This document shows positions 55,967-64,000 of a DNA stretch of 64,000 nucleotides, one piece after another. The DNA lies in the NCBI GenBank assembly GCA_964449115.1, contig CAYUXW010000006.1, positions 1,927 through 65,926 on the forward strand, given 5' to 3'. The translations under genes and the position numbers were made by a program. The DNA comes from an uncultured Erysipelotrichaceae bacterium (GTDB lineage: Bacteria; Bacillota_I; Bacilli_A; Erysipelotrichales; Erysipelotrichaceae). Each line of letters starts with the position of its first letter. The stretch's first letter is position 1. The notes below the pieces were generated by a model. The model made no database searches, was not told the origin of the DNA, and saw only the letters and a list, made by a program, of their open reading frames with translations.

Positions 55967-57295
55967 TTATTTTTTCTCTTTGAATTCCTGGATTATTTTA
56001 TCCGCCATTCTTGTTCCTAATCTTTCTGCTCCAATTTCAATATATTTTAAAGCTGTTTCCAAACTTCTGATACCACCAGCGGCTTTTACCTTAACTTCTC
56101 CATCAACTTCTCTCATCATCAATCTTAAGTCCTCGACAGTTGCTCCACCAGTACCAAAACCGGTGCTGGTTTTAATGAAGTCAGGTTTTACCTCTTTAGC
56201 AATATGACATAGCTTTATTTTTTCTTCTTCAGTCAAATAACAGTTTTCAAATATAACTTTAACAATAATGTTGTTGTCACGACAAACTTTAACTATCTGC
56301 TGCATCTCGTCTTTGATGTAATCATAATTATGCTCTTTTACTTTGCCAATGTTGACAACATAATCGATTTCATCAACACCATCTTTAATTGCGTTAATAG
56401 TTTCCTGTACTTTTGTTTCTATTGTTGTCTGCCCAAGTGGAAAGGAAATTGCCGCTCCCACATGAACATCACTATCTTTCAAGTATTCTTTACAGAATTT
56501 AACTGGATAAGAGTTAATCGCAATCATACGACAACCTAAATTATGAGCATCATCACAAAGCTTTTTGAAATCTTCTTCTGTCGCAAATGGCTGCAGATTG
56601 GTATGATCAAAATAACTTGCCAATTCTTTTTCTGTAATATAGGTGTTTTTAATCATTCTTTTAACTTCAAACAAATCTTCTTTAATCATATCTATTTTTT
56701 CCATCAGCTCTTCTGTTGGAGGCACTATATCTATTATCATACAGGTCGTTGCTCCAGAAGCACGAGCTGCTTTGATGCCATTGAATGAATCTTCTATAAT
56801 TAAACATTTTTTAATATCACAGTTAATCAGTTCAGCTGCTTTCAAGAAAATGTCCGGTTCTGGTTTAGATTTTTCTACTTCACAGCCAGTTACTACATAT
56901 TTAAAAGGATTTGAACCAAATTTAGTATTGTTGAAACACATCTCTACCCTTTTTCTTGATGAAGAAGTTGCCAGGGCATAAGGAATATTTTTTTCATTTA
57001 AATAATTGATAAGTTCAAATGCTCCTTTTTTCAAATCGATTTTTCCTTCTTCGTACCCTTTATCTAACAGGTAGTTAAACTGTTCTCTAAAATATAAAAC
57101 GTCTTCTTTATTGCCAAAATATTCATGAAGAATCTTGTTTTCCACTTCGGGAACAACTCCCAATACCCTTACAAAAAGCTCGTGTGTAAATTTATGATTT
57201 AATTCATTGAATATTTTTTCAAATATTTTTTCAGAATAACGTTCTGAATCAAGAATAATCCCATCCATGTCAAAAATAATACCTTCAAACTTCAT
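55967..57295 (-). CDS. Fusion protein: HAD-superfamily phosphatase/beta-phosphoglucomutase-like domain plus deoxyribose-phosphate aldolase (DeoC)
   Basis: 442 aa. N-terminal FDMDG...ATSS...EDS.NG (HAD motifs I-IV). The C-terminal ~220 aa carry DHTNL...VKVI(F)E...IKTSTGF...VKAAGGIR (DeoC Schiff-base Lys region). Confidence 0.85.
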   Translation of the reverse strand: MKFEGIIFDMDGIILDSERYSEKIFEKIFNELNHKFTHELFVRVLGVVPEVENKILHEYFGNKEDVLYFREQFNYLLDKGYEEGKIDLKKGAFELINYLNEKNIPYALATSSSRKRVEMCFNNTKFGSNPFKYVVTGCEVEKSKPEPDIFLKAAELINCDIKKCLIIEDSFNGIKAARASGATTCMIIDIVPPTEELMEKIDMIKEDLFEVKRMIKNTYITEKELASYFDHTNLQPFATEEDFKKLCDDAHNLGCRMIAINSYPVKFCKEYLKDSDVHVGAAISFPLGQTTIETKVQETINAIKDGVDEIDYVVNIGKVKEHNYDYIKDEMQQIVKVCRDNNIIVKVIFENCYLTEEEKIKLCHIAKEVKPDFIKTSTGFGTGGATVEDLRLMMREVDGEVKVKAAGGIRSLETALKYIEIGAERLGTRMADKIIQEFKEKK

Positions 57296-57296
57296 T

Positions 57297-58103
57297 CTAA
57301 TACCTCTCTTTCAAATAATCTCTTGTAAAATCTACCGCTTCAGAAAATCTGAATAAACGACATACTGCATTGCCTATTTTCCCAACTCGAACCATCTTTC
57401 TTTTTTCCATTTCTTTACCGATTTCAATAAACTCACTGCTATCTAATTCGATATCCAGATATTTTTTCCAGATTGTTTCACCTTTTCTCTTAACTGCTCC
57501 ACCCTGTAAAATGATGTTTCTTCGTTCTGATAAATATTCACCTAAATGCATGCCTGTCGCTTTATCATAACCAACACCAACAAGTAAAATATAGCTATCC
57601 TGTTTATCATATAGTTTTCCTAAAGGTGAATCCAAAGCAAGAGGAAAAGATAAAGGCTGATTGGACATCAGATATTTAGCATCTTTACCATTAGCTATAA
57701 AACCACTGTTTGGATGGTAGGAATGGTAGGTTGATTTTCTAACTCTTAAATTATCTACAACAATACCCATCATATGCTGTCCTGATGTATAGATATCATA
57801 TCCTGGAGTATTTTCACGGATTTTATTCATCAACCTGATTTCAGCAGGTGGATTTTCCCAATATAACGGTTCGCTGTTATTAAAGTCCTGACTGGCCATA
57901 ACTATAGTTCCATTTTCACCAACAGCTTTTAATAAAGCATCAACAAAAGAAGTTGGCCCACCAATAACATTTCCAACACTATTAAAAGATACATGTACTT
58001 CTAAACACATATCTTCTACAACTCCCAAATGCTGAAGTTGTCTTATCACTTCTTTTTCACTTAAGGCTACACTTATAATCTCATCATTCTGGTAAGTATT
58101 CAT
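57297..58103 (-). CDS. AAC(3)-family (Antibiotic_NAT) aminoglycoside N-acetyltransferase-like protein
   Basis: 268 aa. QLQHLGVVEDMCLEVHVSFNSVGNVIGGPTSFVDALLKAVGENGTIVM matches the conserved N-terminal block of AAC(3) enzymes. Confidence 0.7.
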   Translation of the reverse strand: MNTYQNDEIISVALSEKEVIRQLQHLGVVEDMCLEVHVSFNSVGNVIGGPTSFVDALLKAVGENGTIVMASQDFNNSEPLYWENPPAEIRLMNKIRENTPGYDIYTSGQHMMGIVVDNLRVRKSTYHSYHPNSGFIANGKDAKYLMSNQPLSFPLALDSPLGKLYDKQDSYILLVGVGYDKATGMHLGEYLSERRNIILQGGAVKRKGETIWKKYLDIELDSSEFIEIGKEMEKRKMVRVGKIGNAVCRLFRFSEAVDFTRDYLKERY

Positions 58104-58497
58104 ATTGTTTAAACCACTCTTCTAAAGTTTCTAATTTTAAAGAACCCTCTTTCATATCTATTGTTTTTCCATCCTTGATCAGATAGGTAGATGGTGTCAT
58201 ATTTAAACGATATAAGTAATCGTAAATCAATGTATTTAAAAACTCTTGCTGTTCTTTATTTAGAGTATCAACATAGATAATCTCAATTTCATATTCACTG
58301 ATCAGCTCTTGTAAAACTTTACGATATTCTGTACAACTTTCACAATTGCTGTTTCCAGCATAAAGTATAAAACTTTCTTTTTCTTCAAACATCTCTAAGA
58401 TTTCCTGAGCTTTTTTTGTAGTTACCTCTCCTTTAGTAAACTTAAAACAGCCACCTAATAAAGTAAGAATTAAAAGCAGAAGCAAAATCTTTTTCAT
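58084..58497 (-). CDS. Thioredoxin-fold lipoprotein (CESC motif)
   Basis: 137 aa with lipobox LGGC and a CxxC after a beta-strand. Stop is TGA-TGA. Confidence 0.6.
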   Translation of the reverse strand: MKKILLLLLILTLLGGCFKFTKGEVTTKKAQEILEMFEEKESFILYAGNSNCESCTEYRKVLQELISEYEIEIIYVDTLNKEQQEFLNTLIYDYLYRLNMTPSTYLIKDGKTIDMKEGSLKLETLEEWFKQYEYLPE

Positions 58498-58545
58498 CGA
58501 GACATCTCCCTTTTCAATATTATAGCATACATAATTTTATAGTCT

Positions 58546-59109
58546 TCAGTTTTCAATAATTAAAAGTCCTTCAAATTCTTTATTATATTGATACTTTAAT
58601 CTTTCTTTTTGTTTTTCAGTTAAAGGATCTTCAAAACCATTGTGACCTGAAACTGTTCCAACATGCACTTTATATACTTCACCTTGTTTTATATATAAAA
58701 CTGTTGGAAAAAGAAACGCAAACTCACCCTCTTTTAGACCTGTTTGATCATAATCACAAATTTCGCTAATCTGCTTCATCCCTTCAATATTTTCATTATT
58801 AATACTATTATTAAAATCCATATAATATATTGGCATATCGTTTTCAATCGATACTTCATTTAAAACTGGCACCACACAATTACACCATGGGCAGTTTTCA
58901 TAACCAAAATAGACAATGAAAGTTTCTTTATTGGCTATTTTTTCTAAAATTTCTTCTACTGTTATATCATAAAACTGTTCACTGACTAACCCTTCATAGC
59001 CACTCATATCAGAAATAGTTCCTGTTGGTTTTACATATTCAATAAACTTTTCTTTTTGACAGCCACTTATTATCAATAACAGCAGTAACATAATCAATAA
59101 TTTTTTCAT
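58546..59109 (-). CDS. Thioredoxin-fold lipoprotein (CPWC motif)
   Basis: 187 aa with lipobox ISGC and YFGYENCPWCN. Stop is TGA, with TAA two codons later. Confidence 0.65.
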   Translation of the reverse strand: MKKLLIMLLLLLIISGCQKEKFIEYVKPTGTISDMSGYEGLVSEQFYDITVEEILEKIANKETFIVYFGYENCPWCNCVVPVLNEVSIENDMPIYYMDFNNSINNENIEGMKQISEICDYDQTGLKEGEFAFLFPTVLYIKQGEVYKVHVGTVSGHNGFEDPLTEKQKERLKYQYNKEFEGLLIIEN

Positions 59110-59199
59110 GTTCTAATTTTACCACTTACTTTTCAAAAGAAAAAGTCTTCACTTTAATAATTATTGAAGACTTCTTTTTCTTTTCCTTTAATCTTTAAC

Positions 59200-60378
59200 T
59201 TATCTTTGGTAATAGATTTTACCTTTGATAATTGTTTTTAAGACATTATAGTCTTTATCCATTAAGCAGAAATCACTTCTTCTGCCTACTTCAATTTTAC
59301 CACGATCAGTTATGCCTAAACACTTAGCCGGGTTTTCACCATACATCTTAGCAATTTCTATTTCATTTAAACCAATGACATCTCTTGCTTTACGCATCAT
59401 CTTATCCCAGGTATTATTACCACCTAAGATCATCCCTGTTTCTTTTACGGCGACTAGTCCATCTTTAACTAAGATTTTGCCATAAAAATCATTATCATAT
59501 TCGCCATCTTCTAAACCAGAGAAATTAAATTCATCAGTTATGCCATATATCTTATCTATTCCTTTAGTCTTAACAGCTAATTTTACCCACTGCTTATTGA
59601 CATGATACCCATCACAAATCATCTGAAAGGTAAGTCTATCCTCCAGTAAGCAACCTACAATCGCTCCATCTTTTCTATGATGCATTGCTTCAAAACCATT
59701 AAAGAAATGCGTTGTTGTATCTGCTCCCCAATCCGCAGCTTTTTTAACCAATTCACTATCACATAAGGTATAGCCAATTTCTACATGAACGCCTTGAGCA
59801 GTAATCCAGCGACACCACTCTTCTGCTCCCTTTAATTCCGGAGCCAGACACATAATCCCAATATCACTTAAATCATTATCAACTAAAGCTAAAGTGTGCT
59901 CTTTGGAAGGAAGAACACATAAATTTGGATCTAGACAAGCACTTCTGTTAGGGTTTAAATAAGGCCCTTCAAAATGTATCTTCATTGGATCAGCCCCTAA
60001 AGCTTGTTTTCTAGCTTTTCTTATCGCTCTTAAAGCTTCAACAGTATCTTCAACAGGTTGAACATTCAAGGTTGGAAAAACCGTTGTTACTCCATACTTT
60101 GGTAACTCTTTTAAAATGTAGTTGACATCTTCTAAACCATTAAAGTTTTCAGCATTTTCTGAATATTCGTTACGATAAAAAGTTTTTCTAAAACCTCCAT
60201 GCTGATGAGTTTCGATAAAACCCGCAAAAAGATAATTCCCCTTAGCATCAATTATCTTTTCAGAATTGACATTTTCAGTTAAGTTTTTGCCAATTTTCAA
60301 GATTTTCTCTTCATTATACTGTACATCAACATCATGAAATGCCCCATCAATAAATACTTTGGCATTTGTAATTATCAT
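59200..60378 (-). CDS. nagA: N-acetylglucosamine-6-phosphate deacetylase-like amidohydrolase
   Basis: 392 aa from the ATG at 60378, preceded by AAGGGGTG. GFIETHQHGG, HFEGPY and HFFNGF resemble NagA metal and substrate motifs. Confidence 0.7.
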   Translation of the reverse strand: MIITNAKVFIDGAFHDVDVQYNEEKILKIGKNLTENVNSEKIIDAKGNYLFAGFIETHQHGGFRKTFYRNEYSENAENFNGLEDVNYILKELPKYGVTTVFPTLNVQPVEDTVEALRAIRKARKQALGADPMKIHFEGPYLNPNRSACLDPNLCVLPSKEHTLALVDNDLSDIGIMCLAPELKGAEEWCRWITAQGVHVEIGYTLCDSELVKKAADWGADTTTHFFNGFEAMHHRKDGAIVGCLLEDRLTFQMICDGYHVNKQWVKLAVKTKGIDKIYGITDEFNFSGLEDGEYDNDFYGKILVKDGLVAVKETGMILGGNNTWDKMMRKARDVIGLNEIEIAKMYGENPAKCLGITDRGKIEVGRRSDFCLMDKDYNVLKTIIKGKIYYQR

Positions 60379-60463
60379 AATATTCACCCCTTACCTCTTT
60401 ATTCCGTTTAATCTATGATAACATTAATTTCAATTCTACAATAATTAAACCTTTGGGTTCAGA

Positions 60464-60496
60464 TATAAAAAGAAGCGATTATTAATTCTCGCTTCT
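60464..60496 (-). terminator. Rho-independent terminator after the EF-G paralog
   Basis: agaagcga-N10-tcgcttct stem, followed by a T-run on the minus strand. Confidence 0.7.
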
Positions 60497-60517
60497 GTTT
60501 TACTTTAATAACTACGA

Positions 60518-62572
60518 TTAATCTTCGTCGTCTTCTTCCAGTCTTGCCTTAGCTGCAGCGATAACTCTATCTGCCACATCTTTTGGAGCTCTTTCGTATC
60601 TCAAGAACTCTTGGACATACGAACCGTTACCCTGAGTCATACTTCTCAGTTCAGTTGCGTAGCTCATCATTTCTGCCTGTGGAACTTCTGCAACGATGAC
60701 AGTTGTTTCTTCATCAATAGCATTGTTTTCCATAATCATACCACGACGTTTTGAAAAGTCGCCATAGATTGTTCCAACATAATCAGAAGGAATCTGTACT
60801 TCAGCTCTGATGATTGGCTCTAAAAGTGCTGGTTTAGCTTCTGGCATACCTTTTCTATAAGCCAGTCTAGCTGCTGATTTGAAAGCAACTTCCTTTGAAT
60901 CAACTGGGTGCATTGAACCATCATATAAGGTAGCTTTTACCTGAACAACTTTAAATCCAGCTAAAACACCTTTATTCATCGCTTCTCTTAAACCTGATTC
61001 AACAGCTGGGAAGTAGTTTTTACTTACTGCTCCACCAACAATCTCTTCTTCAAAGACCATTTCATCTTCCTCAGGATTTGGTTCAAATCTAATGAAGACT
61101 TCACCAAACTGTCCAGCTCCACCAGACTGTTTCTTATGTCTTCCCTGAGCTTCAGCTTTTCCAGTAATAGTTTCACGATATTGAACTGTTGGTTCTGTTA
61201 AATCAACTTCAACCTTGTATCTTGATTTCAACTTATTAACGATAACATCAATATGCTGATCGCCAAGGCCGTATAAAACCTGCTCTCTGGTTTCAGTGTT
61301 GTTAACCAGCATCATGCTCTTGTCTTCACTAGCCAGTCTTGATAAACCTGTCGATAATCTATCTTCATCATTTCTTGTTCTTGGCCAGATTGCTTTTCCT
61401 AACATACCCTTAGGGAATTCAATTGGCTTATATTCAATTGGATTAGCTTTTGTAGCCAAGGTTTCATTAACATCAGTATCCTGAAGTTTTAAAATAGCTC
61501 CAATATCACCACATTCCAGTTTATCAACTTTAATCTGGTTTTTCCCTCTAACTAATACTAAAGAACCCATTTTTTCGTTTTCAGACTTATTTGAATTGTA
61601 TAAAGGAGTATCAGCAGATAACGTTCCACTCATTACTTTTACAAATGAAGCCTGAGCAAAGTTATCGCTTACCAGTTTGAATACAAGGGCACTGAAATCC
61701 TCATCACTAGATGTCACAACTTCTACACCGTTAGCATCAGTAATTGTGCCTTTTTCACTATGTGAAGGAAAATAGTGAATAATTGTATCTAATAATGTGT
61801 CAAGACCAACATATGCTGTTGCACTGCCACATAAGATAGGGCGAATACTGCCATCTCTTAAACCGTGTGAAACACCAGTAATCATCTCTTCATCAGTGAA
61901 ATCTTCTTCCATCAAAAACTTCTCTGTTAAAGCATCATCAGTCATCGCAACTGCTTCACAAAGTTCAAAGTGACCATTTTCTACCTGATCTACAAAGTTT
62001 GCTGGAACTTCTGCATCTTTGCCATTTACTGTTGCTTTTCTAGTAATAATATTAACAACACCTGTTGATTTTCCGTTTTCCATAATTGGAAGTACCAGTG
62101 GTACAGCTTTACATCTTCTTTCCAGTTCAGCAACTACTTTTGTATATTCAGCATGCTCTTCATCAACTCTGGTAACAAAGAAGATAACTGGTAGATTCTT
62201 AGCTAAAGCCTGTCTATAAGCTTTCATTGTTCCAGACTCAACACCATTTCTAGCACTGACGACAACTACTACTGCATCAGCTACTGATAATGCCGCTACC
62301 TGCTCACCAGCAAAGTCAACATAACCTGGAGTGTCAATAAAATTAATCTTGTAATCTTTCCACTCAATTGGTACTACTGAAGAATAAACACTCATTCCTC
62401 TTCTTATTTCTTCTGCATCATAGTCAATGATACTGTTGCCATCAACAGCTTTTCCAAAGCGGTCAGTGATTTTATTATTATATAAAATCGACTCTAACAC
62501 TTCACTTTTGCCAGCACCGGTATGACCTAATACTGCAACGTTTCTAATAAAATCCGTTTTATATTCTTTCAT
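60518..62572 (-). CDS. Elongation factor G paralog (EF-G2-like) with non-canonical G4 motif
   Basis: 684 aa. G1 GHTGAGKS, G3 DTPGY, G4 position reads TRVD instead of NKxD. EF-G domains II-V are recognisable. Confidence 0.85.
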   Translation of the reverse strand: MKEYKTDFIRNVAVLGHTGAGKSEVLESILYNNKITDRFGKAVDGNSIIDYDAEEIRRGMSVYSSVVPIEWKDYKINFIDTPGYVDFAGEQVAALSVADAVVVVVSARNGVESGTMKAYRQALAKNLPVIFFVTRVDEEHAEYTKVVAELERRCKAVPLVLPIMENGKSTGVVNIITRKATVNGKDAEVPANFVDQVENGHFELCEAVAMTDDALTEKFLMEEDFTDEEMITGVSHGLRDGSIRPILCGSATAYVGLDTLLDTIIHYFPSHSEKGTITDANGVEVVTSSDEDFSALVFKLVSDNFAQASFVKVMSGTLSADTPLYNSNKSENEKMGSLVLVRGKNQIKVDKLECGDIGAILKLQDTDVNETLATKANPIEYKPIEFPKGMLGKAIWPRTRNDEDRLSTGLSRLASEDKSMMLVNNTETREQVLYGLGDQHIDVIVNKLKSRYKVEVDLTEPTVQYRETITGKAEAQGRHKKQSGGAGQFGEVFIRFEPNPEEDEMVFEEEIVGGAVSKNYFPAVESGLREAMNKGVLAGFKVVQVKATLYDGSMHPVDSKEVAFKSAARLAYRKGMPEAKPALLEPIIRAEVQIPSDYVGTIYGDFSKRRGMIMENNAIDEETTVIVAEVPQAEMMSYATELRSMTQGNGSYVQEFLRYERAPKDVADRVIAAAKARLEEDDED

Positions 62573-62587
62573 AATATATTTTTCCCC

Positions 62588-63259
62588 CTAAGCTAAAATT
62601 TTCATCATTTCTTCATTGTTACTTTTAGTAACATAGTAATCATAGGCTTTTCGGCCATCTTTGTCTTTAATATTTATATCAGCACCATTATTTACCAATA
62701 GGTTAATTAACTCCTCAAATCCTGAATATGCAGCTCTCATAAGCGCTGTACAACCCATCTCATCCTGTAAATCAATGTTTGCTCCTCTTGATAGCAGCAC
62801 CTCAATTACTGCAATATGTCCTGCTGAGCAGGCTTCCATTAAAGCTGTTCGGCCTTTGGTGTCCTGATCATCTAAATTAGCTTTATATTGTAGCAGCAAT
62901 CTGACAATATCTTCAAAGCCATAGAAACTTGCACGCATCAAGGAATTATTTCCTTTATAGTCAGCAGCATTTACCTCTGCGTTTGCTTCAAGCAACATCT
63001 GAACTATGTCATAATGTCCTTTTTGACAAGCTCCCATTATTGCTGTCTTTTCATGATAATCTCTTAAATCAACGCCGGCTCCACTATCTAAAAGTAGTCT
63101 GGTCATTTGGATTCTTCCTCTTTTAGCGCAACGCATCAAGGCTGTTCTTTGTTGCTGGTTTTGCACATCGACGTTAACGCCATCTTCAATAGCTTTTTTT
63201 ACAACGTTTATATTATTTTCAACCGCTGCATCAAAAAATACTCTTTCTAATTGGTCCAT
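62588..63259 (-). CDS. Ankyrin repeat protein (about 6 ANK repeats)
   Basis: 223 aa with repeated G.TALM.A...G....V..LL..GA.....D units. Lies 15 nt upstream of the EF-G paralog. Confidence 0.85.
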   Translation of the reverse strand: MDQLERVFFDAAVENNINVVKKAIEDGVNVDVQNQQQRTALMRCAKRGRIQMTRLLLDSGAGVDLRDYHEKTAIMGACQKGHYDIVQMLLEANAEVNAADYKGNNSLMRASFYGFEDIVRLLLQYKANLDDQDTKGRTALMEACSAGHIAVIEVLLSRGANIDLQDEMGCTALMRAAYSGFEELINLLVNNGADINIKDKDGRKAYDYYVTKSNNEEMMKILA

Positions 63260-63293
63260 AGCCTTTTTCCTCCTGTTCTGTAATCATTTAATT

Positions 63294-63326
63294 TAAAGAA
63301 AAGACGCTCCATTAAAAAAGCATCTT
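63294..63326 (-). terminator. Terminator-like hairpin between the leader ORF and the ankyrin gene (possible attenuator)
   Basis: Minus strand reads AAGAUGC-N12-GCGUCUU (7 bp including one G-U) followed by UUUCUUU. Confidence 0.35.
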
Positions 63327-63417
63327 ATTTTTTATCTTTAGAGTTAAAAACCACCACCATAAGGTGGCTAGATACTCCGCCAAGTTGTGTGCCTTTAACA
63401 GCAAACATTTTATTCAT
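63325..63417 (-). CDS. Candidate 30-codon leader ORF upstream of the ankyrin/EF-G2 operon
   Basis: MNKMFAVKGTQLGGVSSHLMVVVFNSKDKK, with RBS AGAAGGGA 9 nt upstream. Predicted promoter: -35 TTGCAA (63473-78), 17-bp spacer, -10 TAAAAT (63450-55). Its stop codon lies in the 5' arm of a hairpin. Confidence 0.3.
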   Translation of the reverse strand: MNKMFAVKGTQLGGVSSHLMVVVFNSKDKK

Positions 63418-63543
63418 TTTAGCTGATCCCTTCTGATAACTCTATTAACATTTTAGTATTAATTAGCCCCTATTGCAAGTCATTTCTTGATTATGAAAGG
63501 GAAAATGGGTAAAATGAAAGTGGTATGTATGGAGGTTTAATAA

Positions 63544-64000
63544 ATGGAAGATCCGGTATTAGTTATTTTGGCTGCTGGCTTAGGAAGCAGATATGGTGGA
63601 TTAAAGCAAATCGACACTATTGGAAATAATGGAGAAAGTATAATCGACTTTTCTATTTATGATGCCTATCAGGCTGGTTTTAGAAAAGTTATACTAATTA
63701 TTAGAGAAGAGCATGAAGAACTATTCGAAGAAAACATTGGTTCTAAGGTCAGACCTTTTATGGACGTCGTTTATGCTTATCAGGATGTCAATGATTTGCC
63801 AGAAGGATTTATCTGTCCAGAAGATAGAATTAAACCTTGGGGGACAACTCATGCCTTACTATGTACTGAAAAACATATTAATGGACCATTTATGATTATT
63901 AATGCTGATGATTTTTATGGAAAAGAATCATATAAAATAATGTATTCTTTCTTGAAAAATGAAGTAAAAGACAATTTATTCGGTATGGTTGGTTATCAGC
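63544..64000 (+). CDS. Sugar-phosphate nucleotidyltransferase, 5' part (runs off the window)
   Basis: MEDPVLVILAAGLGSRYGG.K contains the GxGxR nucleotidyltransferase signature. The frame is open to the window end. Confidence 0.75.
   Translation, partial: MEDPVLVILAAGLGSRYGGLKQIDTIGNNGESIIDFSIYDAYQAGFRKVILIIREEHEELFEENIGSKVRPFMDVVYAYQDVNDLPEGFICPEDRIKPWGTTHALLCTEKHINGPFMIINADDFYGKESYKIMYSFLKNEVKDNLFGMVGYQ

Noticed and set aside
57297-58103. AAC(3)-like gene as a horizontally acquired aminoglycoside-resistance cassette
   Set aside because: There is no transposase, integrase, inverted repeat or attC-like site nearby, and the gene is translationally coupled to chromosomal neighbours. Family membership alone does not establish resistance, so I flag it only as context.
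1-64000. Alternative genetic code (TGA read as Trp or Gly throughout, as in Mollicutes or code 25)
   Set aside because: Long conserved genes such as adhE, addA, the EF-G paralogs, the ABC transporters and the PTS subunits are intact under the standard code and use TGG for Trp. Only two in-frame TGAs were found. A full reassignment would fragment many ORFs. I therefore report only possible leakiness.
1-64000. CRISPR arrays, tRNA/rRNA genes, riboswitches/T-boxes, insertion sequences and prophage
   Set aside because: I scanned the intergenic regions by eye. There are no regularly spaced direct repeats, no cloverleaf-like or rRNA-like segments, no long structured 5' leaders apart from the candidate at 63294-63478, and no transposase, integrase or phage structural ORFs. 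Absence is by inspection only; Infernal, tRNAscan or ISfinder would be needed to be sure.

Overview
64 kb chromosomal segment from a low-GC (about 25-43% GC in lines I hand-counted) Gram-positive Bacillota-type anaerobe. The taxon is inferred from gene content: AdhE, EtfAB-LctD, AddAB, and sortase-anchored proteins ending in (I/V)P(D/E)TG. Coding density is high and most genes lie on the minus strand. I found no rRNA, tRNA, CRISPR array, transposase or integrase.

Recognisable content, in order:
- 3' end of a DUF2779-like gene and a TIM-barrel sugar-phosphate isomerase.
- etfB-etfA-glcD/lctD lactate-dehydrogenase-type cluster.
- An HD-domain gene whose 3' end is duplicated around a ~0.7 kb insertion.
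- A block of three cupin/PMI isomerases.
- Two mannose-family PTS operons (IIB-IIC-IID, no IIA) with nanE, a GntR regulator, a PIG-L deacetylase and a tandem GNAT.
- A DUF871/MupG-like gene, a heterodimeric ABC exporter, and PrsW, NUDIX and ArsR genes.
- Two sortase-anchored surface proteins, a DUF2130 gene and addAB.
- mscL, a corA-like gene, adhE, and a marR-degV operon.
- A long minus-strand block holding a second EF-G paralog with an ankyrin-repeat partner, nagA, two thioredoxin-like lipoproteins, an AAC(3)-like acetyltransferase, a HAD-DeoC fusion and a TetM-like GTPase.

Most interesting observations:
1. An orphan ~1,079-codon gene (20990-24228) has a Schlafen/AlbA_2-like N-terminus and ~900 aa of unassignable sequence. 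It is split by a frameshift in an A7 run.
2. A TetM/EF-G-family translational GTPase is fused to a complete Rae1/YacP-type NYN ribonuclease domain (53464-55965).
3. An ankyrin plus EF-G-paralog operon is preceded by a 30-codon leader ORF whose stop codon sits inside a terminator-like hairpin.
4. Two in-frame TGA codons are followed by clearly coding sequence, and every other TGA-terminated ORF in the window has a closely following back-up stop.

All functional calls come from motif recognition by eye; no database search was run.
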